A stretch of 64,000 nt of DNA from Squalus acanthias (taxonomy: Eukaryota). The stretch spans positions 22,692,001 through 22,756,000 of the forward strand of contig CM059448.1 of the NCBI GenBank assembly GCA_030390025.1. The letters are read 5' to 3'. Positions 26,201 through 38,200 of this stretch are shown here, piece after piece (position 1 is the stretch's first letter; each line of letters begins with the position of its first letter). A program made the translations under genes and the position numbers. Below the pieces are notes generated by a model that worked only from the letters and a program-made list of their open reading frames with translations, was not told where the DNA came from and did no database searches.

Positions 26201-29200
26201 TCTAGTTTAAAGCTAAACAGAAATCTTTCCAGTTTAATTTCTAAAATGTCAGCCCCAGACTTGTCCATTAATTTAAACAAGATTGTCAAGGCAATAAGAT
26301 GTTTCCATAAATGTTCCCCAAGAATTTTGTTACAGCACTAACCTGTTTCATCATGATTGCAGATACCTTCAGTACAAGCTACGTCTGAGCCTTCTCGGGA
26401 ACCAGTCTCACTGCCCTCCATGCTTGACGAGTAACCACAGTCACTGCCATTACAATGTGGAGATAAACCTGAGTGAAAAAAAACATATCGGAGAAACTTC
26501 AATGCAACTTGGGTCCACAATACCACTTTAAAGATTAAATCTTGGTTGGTTGTATATCAGTATTTCATCCTGTCAGTTTAGTATTGGGTACAACTGTTTG
26601 TTCATTATCGTCACTATTTACTGGGCTGGTGATGGTGGTTTGAAGTTTAAACTTGTTTATTTCTTCAGTTATCTTCTTCACCTTTGTCCATCAAGTTTGG
26701 TACAAATATACCATTATTTTAATACATAAGACAGTCTGGAATCTGAGGGCTTTGGCTCCAGAGGGACATTGCTGGATTTGTAACAGCAGCCTGGGGTATT
26801 GTCTCTTCAGTTGTTGCCAGTCCTACAACCAGCCTTAGTACGCAACATCTGTCCAAACAGTCAGCTTGGTAGTAATTGAATGAGTCAGAAGACTGCAGGT
26901 TGAAGGCCCACTTTAGGCAGAGCCGAAGGCATGCTACATCAGGAGTTGGCATCCAAAATCAGATGGAGCAATAAACAGAGGCCCTGTCTGTTTGTTCAAA
27001 TAGACATTAAAAGATCCTATAGCAGTAGTGAAAGAGCAGGGAGTTATCCCAGTGTCCTGACCAACATTCTTCCCCAATGACCACCACCAAAAATAGATTA
27101 ATCGGTGCAGAAATCATCTGCTGCAATTACCTATATGACACTTCAAAGAATTCATTATAATTAGAGTACTGTAGGACATTAAGATAAAAGGTACTGTACA
27201 AATTCAATTATTTTTCAATTTCTAAACAAAGGCCAAAACAAGTACAGCAAACACCCAGAAACAGACACATATGCCATGATCTCACTGGGTCGGCACTTGT
27301 CAAAAAAAAGGCATTAGTAAAGTTAGTCACCCTCGTCTCTGACAGAATAATCTACTACCATTGGTGGATTTTACACCATAAAGCTTCTCCTCAGAATCAC
27401 CAAGATATTCTTCTGCAAACATTGGGAACAACAGTGTACATACCTTTCTTTGTTTTAGGTGATCCAAGTAGATTTTCACTGCCAGGGCATGTGCATGAGG
27501 TACTTTCATTTGTAACAATTACTTCAACTCTACCATTAGCATCTTCCAGGCTGCCACAGTCTTTACAGCTACTCTCTACGGTCTCAGATGTTGTCTGGAA
27601 TGACATTATATATAGCATCCAATTAAAAAAGATTGCCCTAGAAAACGATTCCATTGAGTGAATATCTCCCAGAGGACTGGAGAGCAGCTAAAAAGGAGAC
27701 TTGTTCCAGGTAATTACAGGTCTGTAAGTTTAACATCTGTGAAGAAGAAAAAAATTAGAAGCAGCCAACATGGATTTCAGAAAGGAAGGTCGTCCTTGAC
27801 CAACCTGAGTTTTAAGGAGGTGGCAGATATAGTGAATGGAGTAAATGCAGTGGATGTGGTGCACATGGACTTTCAAAAGCCTTTGACAAGGTACCACACA
27901 GGAGACCATTGGAGAAGACTTAGGGGTATGAAATTAGGGTGAAGGTAGAAAACTGAATTAAAAACTGATTAGAAGGGAGGACAGAGTTAAAGGCAGTTTC
28001 AGTGGCTGGAAGTGGGCAGCAGTGCCCCACAGGGTTCTGTTAAGACTTCATTGTGTACATCAATGATTTGGATATACGGTTAGAGGGAGTGGTATCCAAA
28101 TTTGTAGACAATACTAAAATAAGAGGCATAGTAATATTTCAAGACCAAAGAAACTGCAAGCAGATAGTGATAAGATAAGAAATGGGCAAAAAAAAACCTG
28201 GCAGATGGAATTAAATATCATTAAGTGTGAGGTGATACAGTTCAGCTGGGTGATGTTGAAGAGCAGAGGGATTTGGAGGGGTGGATTCAGGTTCACAAGA
28301 CTTTAAAAGCTGCACCTCAAGTGGATATGACCATACAAAAGCTAATGGAATACTGGGATTTACAAGAGGTACAGAATATAAAAGGCAAGATGCAATAGTG
28401 AATCTATGTAAAACCATAGTAAGATTGCAATTGAAGTACTGAGTGCAGTTTTGGGCTCTACAATGTAGGGCAGATGTCAAGGCAATCAAGGGTACATACA
28501 GCACAAATTCTCTAGGATGCTGCCTGGTATGACAATATACAAATACAAAGGCAAACTTGAAAAAACTGGTGCTGTTTTCATTGAATAGGAGATGATGGGG
28601 TGATTTGGTAGAGATGTTTAAATTCTGAAGAAATGGGACAGGGTAAATAGAAAAACTGTTTCCAGTGGTTGAGGGATCTAAAGCAAGGTTCATGGATAAA
28701 AGATTATGTGCAAGAGATTTAGGATGGAGAAACTTTTATAGTTGCGAGGTTGTGGAATACACTACCAAAGTTAGTGTTTGGAGCAGAAATCATGTCAACA
28801 TTTAAGAATAGGTTAGACAGACATTTGAAGGAAATGGATAGTGATATGGGTACAGAGCATGCTCATCAGATTAGGACTACTGCTTGTGTGGAATATAAAC
28901 ACCAACGTGGACTGGTTGAGTAAAAAGCTCTACTTTTGTTTGTTGTAACTTCCAATCAATTCTGCTTTTCAGTGCCTTGGTAACATAGAATCCACCAGTC
29001 ATCATGTCCTTGGACATTAGTGAACAGGCAGTCCCAATTAGGCAAGTGCGACAAAATATTTTCCAGCAATTATCATCCCGAGACCTGAAAGGTTGGACAC
29101 CATGCATACAAAACTAGTATGCAAGAATATAATGTTTGATGTCCCTTAACAATCAGTACACCACCATAGTAAGAGGCATATTCTGGTTAATGATTCCATA

Positions 29201-32200
29201 TATGCAGTTCATGAATCAGTTTCACCACTGCCAGTTTTGGAAAGAAAAAGGATGCACAGCAGAGGCAAGATATCTCAAAGCAAAGAGGGGAAGAGGAAAG
29301 GAAACACCTCTCAGTCATGAAAAGGAAGAGATCTGGAAGCAGGCAAGTCTGCTCATCATTGGCCAATAAATTGTATAACTGGAGCAAAAAACTGAAGTTA
29401 ATGGTTTCAAAGGCATTTCTTCAAGATTATAGGCTTCTGTCCATGGACAGGTTAAATCTTACTTCACAATTAAGTGTACAATCAGTAATTGTGGGCTCCC
29501 ACCTACAGAAAGGCAAATCCAATTTATATGCACAAGGACTGTTAGATCAATTTAATTTGAAAGTTAATAGCAATATTCTACCTACCTCCTCTTGGGCTTT
29601 AGTTTCTCCTGGAGTTTGAAGCGGGGGAGATATTTCACAGGCACATTTATTTTTACGTCTGTTCTTCCGTTTTTGACGCTTCTTTTCTTGTTTGAGCTCT
29701 CGAACTCTCTCTTCTTCAGAGAGCTCCTCACAAAGCTGTTCCAGTCGACTAATACCTTGCACTTTTTCAATTGCCATCTGCAGAATAAAGTTAGTTTATT
29801 TTTTTATAAACTTTAAAATGTTATCAATCTATAAAAGCAAAATTTCAAGTTAAGATTTATGCATCTACTTCACCAAAATATGGTTTCTTTATAGCTTCTT
29901 CACTGGTTAGAAACAAGAGGGCAGAGACCAGATATACACCATTTAGTGTAGTAGTATACCCAAATCACTTTGGTCACTGAAAATCTCTAACTTGAACTAT
30001 GCTTCCAAATGCCAACATGTTTCATATTTTAGAGACCCATCCTTCCAGCTCTTGCAGATATGGAAGGCCTTCAATATCAAACAAACATTGTGTGGCAGTT
30101 CAAACATATATTTTTAAAACCTAGCGGTATTTTAGGTTCCTCTTTTAGGACAATCTTACAAGGACCAGAGAGTACTTGCCCTTGCATTTTCTGCAGTGAA
30201 AAGCTTTGGGAAAAAACTTGTGTATATTTTTTTCTTCATTTATTTCACTATGTGGGGGGTGAGGTGCATTCAGCTGAAGTTGGAGACTGCAAGAAAAGTA
30301 GACCTGTATATCTTTGGGGTACGTCCAAGTCATGAAGCTGCAAGTACTTGGCTGGCAAGAGTTGAAGCAGGAATCTTCCAGTTAACACCCAGAAAAAAAA
30401 ACTGCTTGCCAATACTATTGCAGTTGGCCCAAAAAACTAATTAAAGTGCTACCAATTGTCTAGCTTGTGTTGAATTTGATACCTATAATGTCTCCAAACT
30501 AGCTGCGCTGTTACTTCAAATACTTCATATACTTAAAGTAAATTCCTGGCTGAGCTACAGAACAGGAGAGTCCCAGGTTTCTGATCACTATCCAGCCAAG
30601 TGCATGTGGATGTCAAATGAGGAAGGATCAAGCTCAGTTGCAATGTCCCTCCTGCAATCAACTTGATAATATTGATCAAGGCACGCAAATCAATAATGGC
30701 TACACAGACAAGGTAGCAGAAAATGACCAGTGCTCACGGAACCATACCCCAGCAGCCTTCAGGAGAGGGGAAGGGGAGAAGAAATTCAAATGAAAGTTTA
30801 CAGTTTCAAGTAAATTACATTGAGCTACAGGAAACTCTTTATTAACCGGCACCGACAGGACCGGCGTAGTGTCGGTTAATCAAAAAGTCCGGATAACGGA
30901 GAATTATATCTCCCAACGTACGAGAGCCCCGTACACATTGACATGCGCCTGCATTCGGAGCTCCGTCTCCCTGGGGACCGCCAGCTGACCATCTGTCGTG
31001 TCCGCTGCCTACCCGGGCTGCACATTCCCCTCCCAATCTACACGCTCCGATACAAGGCAAACGCCTCGGGTTTTTTTTTTAAGTTAATTTTAAACGAGAG
31101 ATGAAGGAAAACCCCGGTTACCTACTCAAGAATTTTGCCGGTTAAGAGAGATTTCCGGATATTTGGGTGCCAGTTAATAAAGAGTTTCCTGTATATGAAA
31201 ATAAAAGCAAGTTTCTCAAAAATAACTCAAGTGCTTGTGCATTAAATAGGAATGGATTTGATCACTGCAAATGCAAGAGTTACTAACATGTCTGCATCAT
31301 AAAACTTTAATTAGGTACTGACCAAATATTTATTGGCTTGAATGTAATGCAATTTATTTTATTTGTATTGGAAATTTTCCTGCACTTTCTTTCCCCCCAA
31401 ATTGTAATATCAGTTGTAGCATGGGTGAAGGAATTGGGGGGGGGGGGGGGGGGGGGAAAAGAGAGAAGAGAAAGACCTGACCTGTGCCAATGCTGCTACT
31501 GCACCAGTCACAACAAAGCATGTCTGACCTGGGGTACATTCTTTAATTTTCTCTCCCCTAAGGAGGTGCCTGGCATTGGTTTGGTTTCCCCATTACAATA
31601 CTGTTGATACTGCCAATTCATTGTAATGGCATTCTACCATTTTAATTTGTTTCAAGATAAAATGCAGGGAATATAAAAAAAGTTGATGTGAAAGAAAGCA
31701 TCACTTCTAATTTTAGAATATTCAGTCTTATTAAATGGCATTTATAAACTGCCCAACCACATTTTACATTAGCAATTTAAGACTGTACCTCAAAGCTTTT
31801 GCGCAGTGCATCAATACCAAGGTAGAAGAGCATCTGCCATGTCTGTTCTTCAGCTCGTAACTTCTGCCAAATTCTGTGCAAGCGTTCATACAGATGAATA
31901 CCAAGACATGTAAGGACTTCTTCTTGTGCAATGTCTATAGTTTTTGCATGCCTCTCCCTCCGCCTAGAAGCAATAAGACTGGTTAGGTTACAATTTACGG
32001 CAGTTGTTCCCAACTACAGTGATAACTTAATAGCTTCAGCATAGCTTCTGAATGGAGAGTTATAGTGCAGTTATTATGTATTTAGAAATGTTAACTACTG
32101 TTCTTGACCACATTGTGACATTTGAATCTTATATAAACAATGATCTATATAGACTGCTCCAGCAAAGAGTCAAAATGTTCACTGTACAAGAACCTCACTC

Positions 32201-35200
32201 AGACTATATGTTATACTGCATCAGGAGTGAAGAACTATTAGATTCAATTTAGCATTCAGATGACACGGTGCAACACACCAATCTACAATGCAGAACAGAT
32301 TTAATGGCCTGGATTTCAGATTTTTCCTACACCTATTTTTTGGGCACTTTCTATGGGAGCCATTCCCAGAATTTTCCATCAGAAGTGATGTCAGATGCTT
32401 AATATGTCCACTCATTTGGGCTGGCATTTTCAAATTAGGTTAATGACAGAAATACATAAACTATGCAGTTTTGTTCATTAACACCTTGCCAACACCAGGT
32501 GTCAAGAATATTGTTGCATTACTGGCATCTGAACTTGCCAAGGAAGCAGAGGGGGATTTAAAACAAAGGCCTTAGAGTCTACTGCAATCAACTACACCAT
32601 GAAAAAAATTGTTTTAACAACTTTCGTTACAACTACCACGCTGCCCTGCAAGTGCCATGACAACTTTCCTATTTTCTTAGCCCCAACCAAACCAGTGAGC
32701 TGTTCAATACCACAGAAGATCCAGAAATAACCCCTAAAAAGCCAAAGTGTTGCATGATATTTTTTTCCTTCAAATTGGGATCTTTTCCATTTAGCTAATC
32801 AACCTCAGCTCTCCCAGGTAAAAAACAAAACCTCCTTTACTGCACCTTAACAAGGCACCACAACTTTACATTATGATTTTCCCCACTTTCTAGACCAGCC
32901 ACCATTATAACACTAGCTGTATTGCCAATTCGTGGAGTTCTGGACCGATGCCTATGATAGAGAATGAATCCTCTCTAAAAGAGCCTTTAAGCCACCCTCC
33001 AAATGCCATCCACAACTTCCTTTTTGACCATGGAAACAGGCAACCTGCTCCCATGACTTAGTGTTGCTGGTGTGGCACACAGATGTTCTCAGTTTCCTCA
33101 CTCAAGAGAGCAGCCTCCCTAAATGACCTGGTTCAGATCTAGATTTCTCTGCATGGAAGTTACAAACAAATTCAGTCAATTACTGCTGCAGCCTGAAAAT
33201 AGAAGCAATTATTGAATTCAGCACAATTATTTCACACTTGCATCATTCTTAGAGAAAAAAAGAGATTTAAAAAAACAAAAGCGCTAGATAGCCCACTCTA
33301 GCAAATTACATACTCATACCCTCCTGCGAACTCTGGCTCAGCACGGCCCAATAGATGCGCAATGAAGTCAGTCTCACAGCAAACATGGATATGTCGTTCG
33401 TGGGGACAGCAACGTAGTCCCTCATAGAGAGCTGCACAGTAGCCCTTTTCTTTGCTGCAATCTAATTCCCCAATGAGAATGTTGTATGCTCGCAGCACTT
33501 TATTTTTACAATCTGTGCAAAACCTGCAATAAAAAGAAACGTGAACAACCACAAATTTAACATTCATTACAGTTGAGCAGATTAATGCTGGGACTCTTTC
33601 CTCAATACTCAACAGCTTTTGACTAATTTACATCTAATTCATTTCAATAGTAAATTCTGCACAAAATAACATGCAGCATCCCCTATATTACAAACCTGTG
33701 TTTCCGTAGATAAGTCTCTAGTGTTTCCAAAAGACAACTGGAGTCAATTAATACTACTTCATCCCTACATTCCTGGGACATTAGTTCCCACACATCCATC
33801 CAGCAGCCCCTGTTAATAGAAACAAAGACTATGATTTTTGCCACACAAATGCTGTAATTTACAAAAAGCAGCTAGACCAGTTAAAATACACACCACTAGA
33901 ATGGGCATGAATGCTAGATAATAATTATTCAAACTTGCTACAAATCTGGATTGATGTTTTCCAGAATCAGTTAAGTTATAATCTCAGAACAAAAATACTG
34001 CTTTCCATATACAATAGTGCCACTGTATTTATTTGCACCCATCAGATACTGAATACCCATAACAAGGGGAAAAAATACTTGAAACATCCATAGAAACATT
34101 TCTGATTCATGCTATAATGCATGGAGCTGAACAATTAAATTTGCTATTAAATGATAACTTGGTAGCTCAAGATTTCCAATCCCAAGGAAGACTTCGATGT
34201 CCTGGGAGTGATGGGGAGCATCACCCAATGTCCACTGTGGTGAAGCAATTAAAAAAAGCTAGATACAAAACCAGAACAGAATACAAAATTACAGAAGTTT
34301 TGCCAAGTTTTACAAACCACTGTTCAGACCACTCTGTTCAGCTTTGCTTACATATTAAAAGCTTACATTAGGATGGGTATTAAAAACAAAACAAAAAATG
34401 TAAATAAGATGGGCTCCAAGGAAGGATTAAAGTTGAAGTTTAAAGTCTAGAAAAGATGGTGGGTATGGGGAGGGTGTGGGAAGAGAAGGAAAAAACATTT
34501 AAGAAATAAGCTTGCATTTATATAGCACTTTTCACATCTTCAGGACATCCCAAAGCACTTCAGAGTCAATTAATTATTTTGAAGAGTATTCATTTGTGAT
34601 TTGGGCAAACACAGCAAGGCCCCACAAATAGCAATGAGATAAATGACCAAATAATCTGTTAGTGTAACAAAAACAGAAAATGCCGAAACACTCAGCATGT
34701 CAGGCACAGTATCTATGGAGAAGCTGGTTCTGATGAATGGAAAGTGCCTGAAAGGTTAAACTTTGCTTCTCTCCACAGATGCCATTCTGACTTGCTGAAT
34801 GTTTCCAACATCTTCTGCTTTTGTTTCAGATTTCCAGCATCTACAGTATTTTCTTTCATTTGTTTTAGTGGTGTTGGCTGAGCCTGGATTATGTGCTCAA
34901 GTCTCTGGAGTGGGACTTGAACACACAACCTTCTAACTCAGAAACGAGCGTGCCACTGACCCAAAGTAAATCTATATTAATTCAAAATATGCTAAGAAAG
35001 CAGGACTTAAGGAAGATCAAATTTAGAACAGATCAGGTAAACCTTATTGAATGATAAATGGTTAGAATAATCTACCAAAATAGAGGTTATTCAAAACACA
35101 ATTTAATGCCATGGGAGTGCTAACATACTGGAGAAATGAGCTTCAATCGACTAAATGGCTTTTTCTCAAATCAATTACTTTAACTTGAGACTCTTAACTA

Positions 35201-38200
35201 AAAATCAAACAATTTTTCTTGCACAAGCCTAGGTAATTTTCAATATACATCTGGATATATCATGCAATGGTATTATACTGCCCCAAATAAAATGACTTGC
35301 ATTGTGCTGTACTTGACATTTAAAACTTTGAAAAAAGTTGTTAAAGACTACCTATTCCAATTAAGGGAATTCAACTACATAGGCAGTTGTGAAACCAGAG
35401 GGCAAAATTATAGAAAGCTATCCCTTTAGAAGTGTTAAATTGTGTTGGATTAAATAGAGAACCAGAGGTCAATGAGCAGCCCATACATAATCTAGTCTTC
35501 TTTCCCCAGTCATCCACCTTGTACAAAATGTCAAAGTAGCATGAAAAAAAAGTGACAAGAACCTGTGGCTGAGGCCATCTTTGAACATCACATCAGAAAA
35601 CAGTTTGCCTAAGACATCATGTCAAGGCTGCAGCATATTGTAAAGGTAAGTGCATCATTTCATATTGAAAAAAATCAGTTAATTGCCCCATCACGTCATC
35701 ACAGCACAACCCCAAAGCTGCAACATAAATGCACTAGGATTCCCTACACCAAAATTAATCCCAAGCGCTAATGATCAAATCACATTGTTTGACCACTCAC
35801 ATCTGCTTTCAACTTAAGAGGAAATACCCTGTCACAATCGCTCATATGGTGTTGTCAGACCTTTAGCCTATGCATTTGCCTAGGTTTTGCACAAGTCAGA
35901 ACTCAAATCAAATCAGATTTGTTTTTGTATGGGGAAACAGAGTATAGGAGAGGAAAACTAGATGGAACCAAAGGCTACATATTTCAAAGTGTAATGGGTC
36001 TTACGAAAGTTTTCTTGCAATTCCAGTTTTAAAAAGGGATTCTTAATTTCCTCTATTCTTGTAGCGAGGCAATTCTGGTCTCAACCCGAATAGTGATTAA
36101 ATCTTCTACTCTTGGATTTTATTCATATTTTAAATCCATTCTGAAGCAGCCCTATACAGGAGAGGTTCTGGTTCGTATTAGTGTACACTTTCAAGCATAG
36201 ATTGTTTTAACTATTTTATCTGTATATGTGAAAAAAAATTCAAAGTGGACATTTCCCCACTTAGGAGCCCCAGAGGTCATTTTGCTGGCCAGAATTTCTT
36301 GCAAATTCACTGGGCATTTATTCCCTTCCAAAACCAGAATGAAAGATAATCTAATTACTTATAAAATTTAACAAATTGCTAACATTATTTACCCTAGGTT
36401 TTTTTTCCCCCCACCTAATAATTTGCTACTGCTAATAATCTTTCCAGAAGATCTCAGTAGGAAGGCGACCAATATTGAAACTGGTTTCTGCATCGAGATG
36501 AAATGACAAAATTCAATACTGCAAATGTGATAGAAAGAGTGTTCAACAGGTTACAGCAGAGCAATGCGAGACCAGAGTTCAAATTTGGGCAGAAACGTAA
36601 CTTCTGTTTGCCACTGTAGTTTTATGAATTCAGATGATTTCTGAAATCAGCACTGATAGAAACCCCATGTCAGGGATTGGTTTCCATCAGTTGCTATGCA
36701 AACCACTGGCAGCATAAATTTGCAACCTACATAGCCACCACTGTCCCAGTGTACCAATTTTTTGGCAGTGAAGAGAGAAATACACGGTTTACTGGAATTA
36801 TATATTGGTACAATGGGGTAGCTACACTAAACTAACTAGTGCATTTATAAACTTCCTGGATCAGTACTGCATAGTACCAACTTCAGGTTGTTTGAACTAG
36901 CAATTCTCCATCATCCTTCAAGTCTGGTGACCAAAGCTTTCATAAGCAGTCTGAATTGAGCTTGCAAGTAAATTACAACTACAGAAGTAAGTTTCCTACA
37001 TCACAACAGTGACTACACTTCAAAAGTACTTAATTGGATCTAAAGCAATTTGAGACGTCGAGATTGTGAATGGCGTTATATAAATACAAGTTATTTCTTT
37101 CTCAATGCACTATCTGCTACTGAGCCACAGCTTTGATACTTCATCTGTGCCAAGTTATCTGATCACCAATGACATTAAAATTTGCTTTTAAAGACAATTT
37201 TTTTTAAATAAAAGGGGGAGGTGGGGGGGGGGGGGGGGGGGGGGGGGGGGAGAGAGAGAAGAGAAGGGAGAAAAGACAGCCAGGGTTTCCACCTGATTGC
37301 TGTCCCGGTCAGTCCTGCCATCAAGTATAGATGCATGGACAAAGAACGTCAGATTAAGCTGTGATGTTCCCTTACTTAAATAGCCTGCCAAAAATAATCT
37401 TAAAGAATAGCCACTTGGGCAAAGGATCAGAGGGCTACAGGCATACATGGAACTGTACCCACAAAAATCAATACTGTACCTTCATTTGGGGTTGGGGGCA
37501 ATAGGGACGAACGTATCTTGACTGGAATGCAAATTCCAGTTTTAGGAATACAAATGAATTAATGGGTACCTGTGGTCCCAAAAATAATGATAACTTTCCA
37601 AATGTTGGTCATGTCTCTAGGGTGTGTAAAGCTTGCTTTTAAATGCACTGCACTGCTATTTTAACCTATTGTGAATTGGTGCGTGGATAGCAAAGCTTTA
37701 TGGTTTACTTTTTTGTAAAGGTTTAACCATACATCTGGCAATAAAATATAATTTCTACCCCCCACCCCCTTTAACTTGTCCTTCTGCCATGAGGTACAGC
37801 AAGTTACAAGTTGAACAGGCATCGGAGTTATGTCATGCTATCAACCCATTGCTAAATTTTATGTTTGCCACTGGTCAATTTCTAAAAGCAAGTCTCTGCA
37901 TGTTTATTTTGAAAATAAAGCCATTTTTGAAGTTAATTTAATAAGCATTAAGCCACCAAGATAGTAAATCAACATTCAGCAATAGCAGTTATCAACAATG
38001 TACTTTGTAAAAGGAACTGTGTTTGACGGTAATGCTTTTATAAATTTGTTTAAAAGCCAAGTATTGACATGACAAGTTAATGTTCATACGAGTACTATGC
38101 ACCTCAAATAAACTATGTGTTTATCTCCCTGTTACCTGTGTGGTGGCTGAAAAGGTCCAAAGTGAAAAAGGATGCTACATCTGACTTCCTTCTTGCTGTC

